Below, one piece after another: positions 10,038-20,592 of a DNA stretch of 64,000 nt. Position numbers and translations under genes: made by a program. How positions within the stretch are numbered: the first letter of the stretch is position 1; each line of letters starts with the position of its first letter. The notes below the pieces were generated by a model. That model was not told the origin of the DNA. It was given only the letters and a program-made list of their open reading frames with translations, and did no database searches. The stretch is taken from positions 584,893 through 648,892 of the forward strand of contig JAOSJO010000022.1 in NCBI GenBank assembly GCA_027494055.1, in the 5' to 3' direction. The stretch is from Anaerolineae bacterium (GTDB lineage Bacteria; Chloroflexota; Anaerolineae; Aggregatilineales; JAFGMM01).

Positions 10038-11141
10038 GTGAGCCAGGATAAACCAGACCAAAACGACCATATCCGCCTGTTCCTGCCCGGCCCGGTCGAG
10101 GTGCGGCCCGAAGTGCTGCGCGCCCAGGCCGGCTGGATGGTCGGCCACCGTTCGGCGGAGTTCAGGGCGCTCTTTGCGCGCCTCCAGCCCAAGCTGCGCG
10201 CGCTCTTCCAGACCCAGCACCGCGTCTATGTGAGCACATCCTCCGGCTCCGGGCTGTGGGAGGCGGCGTCGCGCTGCTGCGTGCGCCCAGGCCGCCCGGT
10301 CCTGCACCTGGTCAACGGCGCGTTCAGCGCGCGTTGGGCCGAGGTCAGCCAGGCCAACGGCAAGGAGGTGGACGTGATCGAGGCGGCGTGGGGCCGCGCC
10401 ATCACGCCGGAACAGGTCGAAGAGGCGCTCCGCGCGCGCGCCTACGACGCGGTCGCTGCGACGTACAACGAAACGAGCACCGGTGTGCTCAACCCGCTGG
10501 GCGCGATTGCGGCGGTCGTCCGCCAGCACCCGGACACGCTGCTGCTCGCGGACGTGGTGAGCGCGCTCGCCGGCGCGCCGCTCCCGACCGATGCGTGGGG
10601 CATCGACGTGTGCCTGGCTTCGTCGCAGAAGGCGGTGGCCCTCCCGCCGGGCGTGGCGTTCGCCGCCGTCTCGGACCGGGCGCTCGCGCGCGCGGCGGAG
10701 GTGCCGAACCGGGGCTACTATTTCGACTTCCTCGTCCTGGAGAAGTACCTGCAGCGCGACCAGACGCCTGCGACGCCGCCGATCTCGCTCCTGTTCGCCG
10801 CCGACGTGCAGCTTGACGCCATCCTCGCCGAGGGACTGGAGGCGCGCGTCGCCCGCCACCAGGCGATGGCGCAGAGCGTCCAGGCGTGGGCGTTGGGCGC
10901 GGGCTTTGGCCTCTTTGCTGAGGACGGCTACCGCTCGCCGACCGTGACGACGGTCGCCAACACGCGCGGCATCGACTTTGCCGCGCTCGACGCCTACCTG
11001 CGCACGCGCGGGATGGCGATATCCAACGGCTACGGGAAGCTCAAGGGCCAGACGTTCCGCATCGGCCACATGGGCGAGGTCACGCCCGCCGACGTGCAGA
11101 CCCTGCTGGACGCCATCGACGCCTTCCTGGCCGGAGGCTGA
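10038..11141 (+). CDS. Class V pyridoxal-phosphate aminotransferase (serine-glyoxylate / phosphoserine aminotransferase-like)
   Basis: The motifs FLPGPVEV..GHRS.EF and SSQKAVALPPG (PLP-lysine region), 367 aa, lying upstream of a phosphoglycerate-dehydrogenase-like gene. Confidence 0.8.
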   Translation: MSQDKPDQNDHIRLFLPGPVEVRPEVLRAQAGWMVGHRSAEFRALFARLQPKLRALFQTQHRVYVSTSSGSGLWEAASRCCVRPGRPVLHLVNGAFSARWAEVSQANGKEVDVIEAAWGRAITPEQVEEALRARAYDAVAATYNETSTGVLNPLGAIAAVVRQHPDTLLLADVVSALAGAPLPTDAWGIDVCLASSQKAVALPPGVAFAAVSDRALARAAEVPNRGYYFDFLVLEKYLQRDQTPATPPISLLFAADVQLDAILAEGLEARVARHQAMAQSVQAWALGAGFGLFAEDGYRSPTVTTVANTRGIDFAALDAYLRTRGMAISNGYGKLKGQTFRIGHMGEVTPADVQTLLDAIDAFLAGG

Positions 11142-11218
11142 GGCCCCCAGCGGGCGCGGCGTTCCGGTTCCCGTTGCGGCTGCTTGCGGAGGGCGTCTGC
11201 AAAGTCGGCGGGTAGTTT

Positions 11219-11245
11219 GTAGGGGCAAGGCAGCCTTGCCCCTAC
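11219..11245 (+). terminator. Perfect 12-bp-stem hairpin in the aminotransferase/dehydrogenase spacer
   Basis: GTAGGGGCAAGG-CAG-CCTTGCCCCTAC. No clear U-tract follows, so terminator function is uncertain. Confidence 0.35.
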
Positions 11246-11496
11246 TTGAGGTTTCGTTTGCCTGTCTGTTCCCAACCCCACAAGGGGAGGGGGGTGAGGG
11301 GGAGACAGCCGCGAGGACTCTGCTACATCCCTGCCTGCGGAGGCTTGTCATCCCGCCGACGTGGGGTAATATCACGCAGGCTGTGCCGCCGCCGCAGCGC
11401 CTGAAGGGCGCGGCGCGCTCCGGCGCCAGCCCAAACGTCAATGAGGAGTCGTGTGCGCAGCGATGGAGACAACACACCGCACCCAGACTGCAAGCC

Positions 11497-12471
11497 ATGA
11501 AGCCACGATCGTGCCCCCACATCCTGGTCGCCGATCCACTCCACCCGTCAGGGCTGGCCGTGCTCGCCGAGACCAGCGGCGTCACCTTCGCCGCGCCGGG
11601 CAAGATGGACCGCGCCACGGCGCTGGCCGCCATCCCGGACGCCGACGCGCTCATCATCCGCTCCGGGACGCCCGCCGACCGCGAGCTGATCGCGGCCGGC
11701 GCGCGGCTGCGCGTGATCTGCCGGGCGGGGGTTGGCGTGGACAACGTGGACGTCGGCTTTGCGACGGCGCGCGGCGTCGCCGTGATGAACACGCCCCACG
11801 GCAACGCGGTCGCCGCCGCCGAACTCACCTTTGGCCTTATGCTGGCGCTGGCGCGCCACATCCCGCAGGCGTCGGCCTCGGTGGGCGCGGGCCGGTGGGA
11901 CCGGCGCGCGTTCGTGGGCACAGAACTGCGCCACAAGACGCTGGGCATCATCGGATTGGGGCGGATCGGCAGCGCGGTGGCGCGCCGGGCGGCGGCCTTC
12001 GACATGCGCGTGATCGCCCACGACCCCAACCTCCGCGATGACGACACGCGCCGCGCGCTTGCCGAGTGCGTCACCCTGGATGAGCTGATCGCGCGGTCGG
12101 ATTACATCACGTTGCACGCCCCGCTCAAGGACGCGACGCGCGGCCTGATCAACGCCGCGCGCATCGCCGCGATGAAGGACGGCGTGCGCATCATCAACGC
12201 CGCACGCGGCGCGCTGGTGGACGAGGCCGCCCTCGCGGACGCCATCCGCAGCGGCAAGGTAGCGGGCGCGGCGGTGGATGTCTACAGCGCCGAGCCGCCG
12301 GCCGGCAACCCGCTCGTCGGCCTGCCGGGCGTGGTGCACACGCCGCACCTGGGCGCGAGCACGGTCGAGGCGCAGGAGGCCGTCGCTGTCGAAGCCGCGC
12401 AGCAGGTCGTTGACGCGCTGCTGCGCGGCGTGTACCGCAACGTGGTCAACCCGCAGGCGCTTTCGACATGA
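11497..12471 (+). CDS. serA: D-3-phosphoglycerate dehydrogenase-like 2-hydroxyacid dehydrogenase (short form, no ACT domain)
   Basis: NAD-binding motif GIIGLGRIGSAVARR, catalytic-region motifs NAARG and HTPHLGAST. The start is at ATG 11497 (MKPRSCPHILVADP). Confidence 0.8.
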   Translation: MKPRSCPHILVADPLHPSGLAVLAETSGVTFAAPGKMDRATALAAIPDADALIIRSGTPADRELIAAGARLRVICRAGVGVDNVDVGFATARGVAVMNTPHGNAVAAAELTFGLMLALARHIPQASASVGAGRWDRRAFVGTELRHKTLGIIGLGRIGSAVARRAAAFDMRVIAHDPNLRDDDTRRALAECVTLDELIARSDYITLHAPLKDATRGLINAARIAAMKDGVRIINAARGALVDEAALADAIRSGKVAGAAVDVYSAEPPAGNPLVGLPGVVHTPHLGASTVEAQEAVAVEAAQQVVDALLRGVYRNVVNPQALST

Positions 12472-13673
12472 GCGAGGCGACGCGCTGGGCGGCACGTGCG
12501 CTGGCGCACGTGCGTGCGCTGGTCGATGAGATTGGTCCGCGCCCATCGACCGGCAAGGCCGAGCGCGCCGCCGCCGAGTACGTCTACGAGGTGATGGGGG
12601 CGCGGGGCCTCGATTTGCGCCGCGTGCGCCACGAGCTTTTTCCCGGCCTGCCCTCCACGTATCGCCCGCTCCGCTGCAGCCTCATCGTCGCGCTGGCGTG
12701 CCTGTTCCTTTACCCGCAAGCCCTCCCGACCTCCGGCCACTTCGTGGCCGTCGCCAGCGCGGTCGTCGCCTACGGCGTCTACAGCCTTTTCACGCTCCGC
12801 GACTGGCCGCTCTACCGGCTGATGGGCAAGCGCACGAGCCAGAACACCATCGGCGAGATACCCCCGGCCGGCGAAGCCAGGGCGACGGTCGTGCTCGTGG
12901 CCCACGCCGACACGCATCGCGCCGCCCTGATTTACAGCTCAGACCGGTGGGTGTCCGTCTTTTCGCTCATCATCGGGGCGGCTTTCCTGTCGCTGGTCGC
13001 CAACCCGGTCCTCTTCGCGCTTGGCGCGATGACCGGCTCGCTGCTCCCGTATGCCCTGGCGCTGGTGGGCGGCGTGGTCCAGATCGCCGCGCTGGCCCTG
13101 GTGATCCAGGCCGACCGCGCCCCGTACAGCCCCGGCGCGAACGACGACGCCTCCGGCGTGGGGATGGCGCTCTCGATTGCGGAGCGCCTGAAGGAAGCGC
13201 CGTTGCAGCACACCACCGTGTGGATCGCCATCACCGGCTGCGAGGAAACCTGGGACGGCGGCGTGCGCGCGATGATCGACGCGCACCGCGAGACGCTCGC
13301 CGACGCGCTGTGGGTGGAGTTTGACGGCGTGGGGTGCGGCGCGCACACGGTCTGGCTCACGGGTGAGGGAATGCTGCGGTACGACCACGCGCACCCCGAC
13401 GCAATGGCCGCCGCCGAGGCCGCCGCAGCGCGCGTCCCCGACCTCGGCGCGGAGGGGAAGCCCGGCACGCTCGCCTACACGCAGATGGGGCCGGTGCACA
13501 AGGCCGGGATGCGCGGCGTGGGCGTCAACCAGAGGCCCGCGCCCGGCGCTGAGGGGATGGGCAACTGGCACCGCCTGTGCGACACGACGGAAAACCTCGA
13601 CCTCCAGGCGTTGGAGCACGCACACCGCTTCGGGTGGGCGCTGCTCCAGGTGTGGGACGAGCGCGCCGGGTGA
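12468..13673 (+). CDS. Membrane-associated M28-family metallopeptidase
   Basis: The motifs VVLVAHADTH, NDDASGVG and TGCEETWDGG, with internal TM segments. The start overlaps the serA stop (ATGA). Confidence 0.7.
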   Translation: MSEATRWAARALAHVRALVDEIGPRPSTGKAERAAAEYVYEVMGARGLDLRRVRHELFPGLPSTYRPLRCSLIVALACLFLYPQALPTSGHFVAVASAVVAYGVYSLFTLRDWPLYRLMGKRTSQNTIGEIPPAGEARATVVLVAHADTHRAALIYSSDRWVSVFSLIIGAAFLSLVANPVLFALGAMTGSLLPYALALVGGVVQIAALALVIQADRAPYSPGANDDASGVGMALSIAERLKEAPLQHTTVWIAITGCEETWDGGVRAMIDAHRETLADALWVEFDGVGCGAHTVWLTGEGMLRYDHAHPDAMAAAEAAAARVPDLGAEGKPGTLAYTQMGPVHKAGMRGVGVNQRPAPGAEGMGNWHRLCDTTENLDLQALEHAHRFGWALLQVWDERAG

Positions 13674-13710
13674 CGGCCGGCGGACGGGTCCGGTCCCGCC
13701 CTGCGCCGCC

Positions 13711-13739
13711 TTGAACCGCCTCGCGTAAATCCCTATAAT
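13711..13739 (+). promoter_or_regulatory. Near-consensus sigma70 promoter upstream of the aldo-keto reductase
   Basis: TTGAAC (13711-13716), a 17-nt spacer, then TATAAT (13734-13739). Confidence 0.55.
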
Positions 13740-13802
13740 GTGTCCACGCTGAGACGTACATCTTTTCGCGGGACGAAACAGCATGATGGAAGGAATGTAA
13801 CA

Positions 13803-14747
13803 ATGGAAATGCGGTCACTTGGCGCTACGGGCGTCGAACTCTCAGTGATTGGCCTCGGCGCGTGGGCGATGGGCGGCCCCTGGGAGTACGGCTGGGGGCC
13901 GACCGACGACGACGCCTCCATCGCGACCATCCACCGCGCGTTGGACCTGGGCATCAACTGGATCGACACCGCCGCTGCCTACGGGCTGGGGCACGCGGAA
14001 GACGTTATCCAGCGCGCGCTCAAAGGCCGCCACGAGCGCGTGTTCATTGCGACGAAGTGCGGCATGGTGTGGGACTACCAGGGCGTGGTGAACAACGACC
14101 TCCGCCCCAAGAGCATCCGCGCCGAAGTTGAGGCCAGCCTGCGGCGGCTGGGCGTCGATGTGATTGACCTCTACCAGATTCACTGGCCGGACCCGGAGGA
14201 GAAAGCGCCGCTTGAGGAGTCCTGGGGGACGATGGCCGACCTGGTCAAAGAGGGGAAAGTGCGCTTCATTGGCGCGTCCAACTTCGACGTGGAGGACATG
14301 GAGCGTTGCCGGCCGATTCACCCGCTGGCGTCGCTCCAGCCGCCCTACAACATGCTGCGGCGCGGCGTCGAAGACGCGATTCTGCCCTACTGCAAGCAAC
14401 ACAACATCGGCGTAATCCCGTACAGCCCGATGGCGTCGGGCCTGCTGACTGAAGGCTTTGACATCGAGCACACCGCGCCCGACGACTGGCGGCGGCGCGA
14501 CTTCGGCGAGGCGACGCTCCGGCGCGCCAGCGCCGTGGTCGCGAAGCTGCGCCCGCTCGCGGAGCGCCACAACGCAACGGTGGCGCAGGTCGCCGTCGCG
14601 TGGGTGCTGCGCCGCCCGGAGGTGTCGTCCGCCATCGTGGGCGCGCGCCGGGTGTGGCAGGTGGAGCAGAACGCCGGCGCGGCTGCGGTCAGGCTCACCG
14701 AGGCCGATCTTGGCGAGATCGAGGCCATCCTGTCCGACGCAACCTGA
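13803..14747 (+). CDS. Aldo/keto reductase
   Basis: MEMRSLGATGVELSVIGLGAWAMGG..INWIDTAAAYGLGHAE..YQIHWPD are typical AKR motifs. Confidence 0.9.
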   Translation: MEMRSLGATGVELSVIGLGAWAMGGPWEYGWGPTDDDASIATIHRALDLGINWIDTAAAYGLGHAEDVIQRALKGRHERVFIATKCGMVWDYQGVVNNDLRPKSIRAEVEASLRRLGVDVIDLYQIHWPDPEEKAPLEESWGTMADLVKEGKVRFIGASNFDVEDMERCRPIHPLASLQPPYNMLRRGVEDAILPYCKQHNIGVIPYSPMASGLLTEGFDIEHTAPDDWRRRDFGEATLRRASAVVAKLRPLAERHNATVAQVAVAWVLRRPEVSSAIVGARRVWQVEQNAGAAAVRLTEADLGEIEAILSDAT

Positions 14748-14902
14748 CGCCGGCCGCGCGTGAATTTCCTGCCTCAATCTTTTACGGAGGGTTAAGGGTA
14801 ATAGGGTACAATCTTATCTGGTTAGCCCGTGCTTGCCACAGACAATTGCGCGTTTTGCGGGCTGGCTGTTCGCCACCGCATTGAGGTTGAGAGGAGAATT
14901 TC

Positions 14903-16466
14903 ATGTCACACAACCAGAAGACGCACGATACGAAGCGCCGCCTGTCGCGCCGCGAGTTCCTCAAGGTCAGCGCCGCCGGCCTGGCGGCATCGTCGGTCGC
15001 TTCGATCCCGATGACGCTGACCCCCGCCCAGGCGGCGGCGGTGCGCGCGCGCCAGCAGGCGGGGGCGCTGCGTATCGCCTGGGGCGGCGCGCCGGCCACG
15101 CTCGACCCGCTGAGCGCGTCCGCCGACACCGAAATCGCGTTCCTGAACGCGGTCTACGACTACCTGATCGACACCAACGCGCAGAACGAGCTTGTCCCCC
15201 GCCTGGCGACGGGCTGGGAGGTCAGCGAGGACGGGCTGGAATACACGCTGCAGATCGCCGAGGGCGTCACGTTCCACGACGGCAGCGACCTCACGGTTGA
15301 CGACATCGTCTGGACCTTCGAGCGCCTCAAGAGCGGCGGCCCGACCGCCGACCTGTACGCGGGCGTGGAGGTCGAGGCTGGCGAGGGGAACAGCGTCGTC
15401 TTCAGGCTGAGCGGCACCAACCCGGACTTCCTCTTCGACCTCACCGACAACCACGCGGTCATCCTCAAGGCCGGGGCGGAGGGCATCGGCGAGACGTTCA
15501 ACGGGACCGGACCGTTTGTCCTCCAGGAGTACGCCACCGCCGACCGCGCGATCTTCACCGCCAATGCGGATTACTTCGGCGGCGCGCCCGGCGTCGAGAC
15601 GCTGGAATTCCAGTACTTTGGCGACAACACCGCCGCCATCAACGCGCTGCGCGGCGGCGTGGTCGATGTGGTGCTGCGCATGGATGAGGCCACCTTCCTC
15701 ACGCTGTCCGGCGAGGGTGACTTCGCGACCGTACAGGTCGCGACCAACGGCCACGACCTCGTGCGCCTGCGCGCCGACCGCGAGCCGGGCAGCGACGAGC
15801 GCGTGCGCCGCGCCTTCAAGCTGGCGACCGACCGCGCCGACATCTTCCAGACCCTGAAGTACGGCTTCGGCGCGGAGGGGGCGCGACACCCCCATCGGGC
15901 CGCTGTACGCCGCCTACTACACCGAGGAATACCCGCTGCCAGAGCGCGACCCCGAAGCGGCGCGGGCGCTGCTCGCGGAGGCGGGCTACCCCGACGGCCT
16001 GGAGATGACGCTCTACGTGCCCAACCTGCCCGACCGCGTCGCGCTCGCGCAGCGCCTGGCGGCGCAGTGGGAGGAGGCGGGCATCCGCATCGAGATCGAG
16101 CCGCAGGAAGAGGCGGTCTATTACGCGGACGACGGCTGGCTGGAGGTGGATCTGGGCATCACGCCGTGGGGTTCGCGCCCCGTCCCGCAGCTCTACCTGG
16201 AAGTGGCGTACAAGACCGGCGCGGTGTGGAACGAGGCGCACTTCAGCGACGCCGAGCTTGACGAGTGGATCGAAGTCGCGGGCAGCTCGCTGGACGAGGC
16301 AGAGCGGGTCGAGGCCTATCACGAAATCCAGCGCATCCTGATCGAGCGCGGCCCGGTCATCATCCCGTACTTCTTCGCGCAGTTCGGCGTCATGGCCGAC
16401 TACGTGGAGGGCGTAGAGGTGCACCCGTTCGCAGGGCGCACGAACTTCCACGGAGCAAGCGTGTAA
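14903..16466 (+). CDS. ABC transporter substrate-binding protein, family 5 (peptide/nickel type), Tat signal, frame break near 15878
   Basis: Twin-arginine leader KRRLSRREFLKVSAAGLAASS. The 14903 frame turns into Arg/Gly junk after ..KYGFGAEG, and the conserved continuation (GRDTPIGPLYAAYYTEEYPLPERDPEAARALLAEAGYPDGLEMTLYVPN..) lies in the frame of track ORF 16005-16466. Confidence 0.85.
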
Positions 16467-16506
16467 GGGCCTGCGCTTCACCCGCCGCCAACGCTGTCTG
16501 GTAACG

Positions 16507-16534
16507 GCAGGGGCACAGCACGCTGTGCCCCTGC
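16507..16534 (+). terminator. 13-bp-stem hairpin after the SBP gene
   Basis: GCAGGGGCACAGC-AC-GCTGTGCCCCTGC, the same GGGGCAC..GTGCCCC family as the hairpin at 5859. No strong U-tract. Confidence 0.4.
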
Positions 16535-16586
16535 TGCGGATTATGCCCGGCTGCGTTATAGTTCTGCCGTATCCCTGCGAGATGGC

Positions 16587-17533
16587 TTGATGGCCGATTC
16601 GAGAAACGCCCTGCGTGCAGCCCCCGCTCGGCCCGGACCGCGTCCGCCGCCCTCCGGCGCAACGCCGCCGCGTTTGGCGGCTTCCTGCGCGAGCTGTTCA
16701 GCCGGCCGCAGTCCGCCGTCGGGACCGCGCTCGTGCTCTTCTTCCTGCTCCTGGCGCTTTTCGGCCCGGCGCTTGCGCCCTACACCGAGAACAACCAGAG
16801 CAGCCCGCCGAGGGAAGCGCCAAGCACGGCGTACCCCTTCGGCACCGACTACCTGGGCCGCGACGTTTTCAGCCGCGTCATCCTCGGCGCGCGGAGCATC
16901 TTCCTCACGGCGGGCGTGGGCACGCTGATCGCGGTGGTGATCGGGACGTTCGTCGGCCTGTTCATCGGGTACCAGGGCGGCCTGCTCGACGAGGTTGTGG
17001 GCCGCTTCATCGACGCCTTCCTCGCGCTGCCGGCGCTGCTGGTCGCGCTGGTGATCCTGGGCATCATCAAGAACGTGGACTTCGCGCCGGGGAGCTGGCA
17101 GGCGGCGGTGGCCGACCAGAGCGTATTGATCGTGATTGCGCTGGTGTACGTGCCGATTGTGGCGCGCGTGGTGCGCAGCAGCACGCTGGACATCAAGACG
17201 CGCGAGTTCGTGCAGGCGGCGCAGATACGCGGCGAGGCGCGCCTGTACATCATCTTCCGCGAGATTTTCCCCTCGGTGGTGCCGGCGCTGGTCGTGGAGG
17301 CGTCGCTGCGCTTCTCGTATGCGATCTTCCTGGTGGCGTCGCTGGGGTTCCTGGGGGTGGGGGCCAGCCCGCCCACGCCAGACTGGGGCCTCATGGTGAG
17401 CGAGAACCGGGGCGGGCTGTACCAGCTTGCGCCCTGGGCGTTGAACTTCCCGGCGCTGGCGATTGCTGTGCTCGTCATCGGCGTCAACCTGATGTCCGAC
17501 GGCGTTAAGCGCGTGTTCCAGAAGAGCGGGTAA
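16587..17533 (+). CDS. ABC transporter permease (DppC/OppC-like); N-terminus uncertain with a probable frame break near 16650
   Basis: Track ORF 16733-17533 carries the conserved body (..YPFGTDYLGRDVFSRV..). The same frame stays open upstream (..LRRNAAAFGGFLRELFSRPQSAVGTALV..) without a start codon. An ATG at 16587/16590 lies in another frame. Confidence 0.75.
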
Positions 17534-17554
17534 GCGCGTTGGCGCGGGCGTGAA

Positions 17555-19642
17555 ATGAGCGAAACACCGGGCACCGTTCTCCATGTCGCCAACCTGGGCA
17601 TCAGCTACCGGGTCGGCAAGCAGTGGATTCGGGCCGTGCGCGAGTTCCAGATCGAGGTGAAGGCCGGCCAGATATACGGCGTGGTGGGCGAGTCTGGCTC
17701 CGGGAAGTCCACCGCCGCCACCGGCATCATGCGCTACCTGGCCGCCAACGGGCGCACCGAACCCGGCAGCGTGATCGAGCTCCTCGGCCAGGACCTGGCC
17801 GCCAGGTCCGCGCGCGCGATGCAAGACGTCTGGGGCCGGTGCATGAACATGGTGCCGCAGGACCCCGCCGCCGCGCTGAACCCGTCGATCCGTGTTGGCG
17901 AGCAGGTGGCGGAGATCGTGCGCCGCCACGAGAAGGTGGACCGGGACACCGCCCGCGCCCGCGTGGTGGCGATGCTGCGCCGCGTGCGGCTGGCCGACCC
18001 GGAAACCATCTTTGACCGCTTCCCACACCAGCTCAGCGGCGGGATGCAGCAGCGCGTGGTGATCGCGATGGCGCTGATTACGTCGCCGCAACTGCTCATC
18101 CTCGACGAGCCGACGACCGCGCTCGACGTGACGACCGAGGCCGTCATCCTCGACCTGGTGCGCGACCTCATCGCCGCCGAGGGCGCGGGCGCGGTGTACG
18201 TCACGCACAACCTGGGCGTGGTGGCGCAGCTCTGCGAGCGCGTGGTCGTGATGTACGCCGGCGAGATCATGGAGGACGCCGCCGCCGCAGACCTGTTCGC
18301 CCGGCCCCTGCACCCCTACACGGTGGGGCTGCTCAAGAGCGTGCCGCGCCTGGGGCAGACCAAGCGCGAGATGGCGCTGCAGACCATCCCCGGCCGCCCG
18401 CCCTCGTTGACCGAGCTGCCGGAGGGCTGCGTCTACGCGCCGCGCTGCCCGCTCGCCATCGAAATCTGCCAGACCAAGCCGCCGCTTGAGACGCCGGCGG
18501 CGGGCCGGTTGGTGCGCTGTCACCGCTGGCAGGAGATCGCCGCCGGCGCGGTGGAGGTCGCGTATGAGGACGGCGGCGGCGCAATTGCTTCGGCGGGCCT
18601 GGAGGCGCGCTCCCCCCTGCTGCACGCTGCCGAAATGACCAAGCACTTCGCCGTGAGCCGGTCGCTGATCGAAGTGTTGCAGGGCGTCACGCCGACGCCG
18701 GTGCGCGCGGTGGACGACGTAAGCCTGCACATCCAGAAGGGGCGGACCTACGGCCTCGTGGGCGAGAGCGGCAGCGGCAAGACCACGCTCGCGCGCATGA
18801 TTATCGGCCTGGAGAACCCCACCGACGGCAGCATCGACCTGTTGGGCGTGGACCTCGCGCCGACCGTGCGCACGCGCGGCAGGGAGATGCTCGCCAAACT
18901 GCAGATGGTCTTCCAGAACCCGCAGAACTCACTCAACCCTTACCTGACCGTCGGGCAGGCGATCCGCCGCCCGCTGATGACGCTCCGGGGCATGGCGCGC
19001 GCCGAGGCCGACCACGAGGTCGAGCGGCTGCTCACGGCGGTTAACCTGCGCCCGGAGTATGCAGCGCGCTACCCAGGCGAGCTGAGCGGCGGCGAGAAGC
19101 AGCGCGTCGCGATTGCGCGCGCCTTCGCCTCCGACCCGGCGCTCATCATCTGCGACGAGCCGGTGTCGGCGCTGGACGTGTCCGTGCAGGCGGCGGTGCT
19201 CAACCTGCTTGCGCGCCTGCAAGAGGAGCACGACACCGCCTACCTGTTCATCGCGCACGACCTGGCGGTGGTCGGTTACCTGGCGGACTACATCGCCGTG
19301 ATGTACCTGGGCGAGATCTTCGAGGTGGGCTACGGCAGCGACCTCTTCGCGCCGCCCTACCACCCCTACACCGAGGCGCTTGTCTCGGCCATCCCGGTGG
19401 CGGACCCGACGCACCAAAGCGAGCGCATCCGCCTGAGCGAGGACGTCCCCAGCCCGCGCAATCTGCCGACCGGGTGCCGCTTCCACACGCGCTGCCCGCG
19501 CAAGATCGGCGCGATCTGCGAGGACGAGGCGCCGCCCTGGCGCGACGACGGGGACGGCCACTACATCAGGTGCCACATCCCGCTGCCGGAACTCACCGCC
19601 CTGCAGAAGTCCCTGCTCCCCGACCACGAAAGGGACGCATAG
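17555..19642 (+). CDS. Fused double ATP-binding protein of the ABC importer (DppD-DppF fusion)
   Basis: Two Walker A motifs (GESGSGKST and GESGSGKTT), two LSGG signatures (LSGGMQQR and LSGGEKQR), 695 aa, intact. Confidence 0.9.
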   Translation: MSETPGTVLHVANLGISYRVGKQWIRAVREFQIEVKAGQIYGVVGESGSGKSTAATGIMRYLAANGRTEPGSVIELLGQDLAARSARAMQDVWGRCMNMVPQDPAAALNPSIRVGEQVAEIVRRHEKVDRDTARARVVAMLRRVRLADPETIFDRFPHQLSGGMQQRVVIAMALITSPQLLILDEPTTALDVTTEAVILDLVRDLIAAEGAGAVYVTHNLGVVAQLCERVVVMYAGEIMEDAAAADLFARPLHPYTVGLLKSVPRLGQTKREMALQTIPGRPPSLTELPEGCVYAPRCPLAIEICQTKPPLETPAAGRLVRCHRWQEIAAGAVEVAYEDGGGAIASAGLEARSPLLHAAEMTKHFAVSRSLIEVLQGVTPTPVRAVDDVSLHIQKGRTYGLVGESGSGKTTLARMIIGLENPTDGSIDLLGVDLAPTVRTRGREMLAKLQMVFQNPQNSLNPYLTVGQAIRRPLMTLRGMARAEADHEVERLLTAVNLRPEYAARYPGELSGGEKQRVAIARAFASDPALIICDEPVSALDVSVQAAVLNLLARLQEEHDTAYLFIAHDLAVVGYLADYIAVMYLGEIFEVGYGSDLFAPPYHPYTEALVSAIPVADPTHQSERIRLSEDVPSPRNLPTGCRFHTRCPRKIGAICEDEAPPWRDDGDGHYIRCHIPLPELTALQKSLLPDHERDA

Positions 19643-19644
19643 CC

Positions 19645-20592
19645 ATGTGGCGCTTCATCCTGCGGCGGCTTGGGTTCTTCGTCTTTACCCTGTTGCTCAC
19701 CTCGGTGCTGATCTTCGCCCTCACGCGCGTGCTGCCCGGCGACGTGGCGCGTGTGCTCCTGGGCCGCGAGGCCGGCGAGGCCGAGGTCGCCGCCCTGCGG
19801 GAAGAGCTGGGCCTCAACCAGCCGCTGCACGTGCAATACGTCGAATGGGTGCGCGACTTCGTCACCGGCAACTGGGGCCTGACGTTCTCGCGGCCCGCCC
19901 AGGACATCCTCCAACTGGTGGGCCAGCGCGCGCTGAACTCCGCGCGGCTTGCGGCCATCACCATGTTGATCGCGGTGCCGCTCTCGCTGCTCCTCGGCGT
20001 GATCGCCGGCCTGACGGAGAACCGCCTGCCGGACAACACGATCTCGGTGCTTACGCTCTCGGTGGTGAGCCTGCCGGAGTTTGTGACCGGCATCTTCCTC
20101 ATCAACATCCTCGCGCTGGAGCTGCGCCTGTTCCCTGCGAGTTCGGCGGTCTCGCCCAGCGCAACCTTCGAGGAGGCGCTGCCGAGCCTGTGGCTGCCGG
20201 CGCTCACCGCGACGTTGGTGCTGCTGGCCTACATCACGCGGCTGACGCGCGCCGGCGTGATCGAGGAACTGAAGCGCGACTACGTGCGCACCGCCACGCT
20301 CAAGGGGTTGCCCTACCGCGTGGTGATCGTCAAGCACGTGCTGCGCAACGCCCTCATCCCGACAATCACCGTCATCGCGACCAGCACCGGCTGGCTGATG
20401 AGCGGGCTGGTCGTGATCGAGTTCGTCTTCAGCTATCCGGGGCTGGGCCGGCTGCTCACCTTCGCCATCGACAAGCGCGACCTGCCCCTCATCCAGGCGA
20501 TTGTCATGGTCACCGTGATGGTGATCCTGGTGGCGAACTTCGTCGCCGACTTGCTCTACGCCATCCTCAACCCGCGCATCAGCTTCGATTGA
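19645..20592 (+). CDS. ABC transporter permease (DppB/OppB-like)
   Basis: MWRFILRRLGFFVFTLLLTSVLIFAL..YVRTATLKGL..; the ATG at 19645 is 2 nt after the ATPase stop. Confidence 0.9.
   Translation: MWRFILRRLGFFVFTLLLTSVLIFALTRVLPGDVARVLLGREAGEAEVAALREELGLNQPLHVQYVEWVRDFVTGNWGLTFSRPAQDILQLVGQRALNSARLAAITMLIAVPLSLLLGVIAGLTENRLPDNTISVLTLSVVSLPEFVTGIFLINILALELRLFPASSAVSPSATFEEALPSLWLPALTATLVLLAYITRLTRAGVIEELKRDYVRTATLKGLPYRVVIVKHVLRNALIPTITVIATSTGWLMSGLVVIEFVFSYPGLGRLLTFAIDKRDLPLIQAIVMVTVMVILVANFVADLLYAILNPRISFD

Noticed and set aside
11284-11302. G-rich tract GGGGAGGGGGGTGAGGGGG as a potential G-quadruplex in the 355-nt serC-like/serA-like spacer
   Set aside because: Only three usable G-runs with legal loops could be defined by eye, and a fourth run is about 60 nt away. 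This does not convincingly meet the G4 motif.
16587-20592. Unusual-looking ABC operon order (SBP, permease, fused double ATPase, permease)
   Set aside because: Fused DppD/F-type ATPases and variable gene order are common in peptide/nickel-type importers, so this was judged ordinary.
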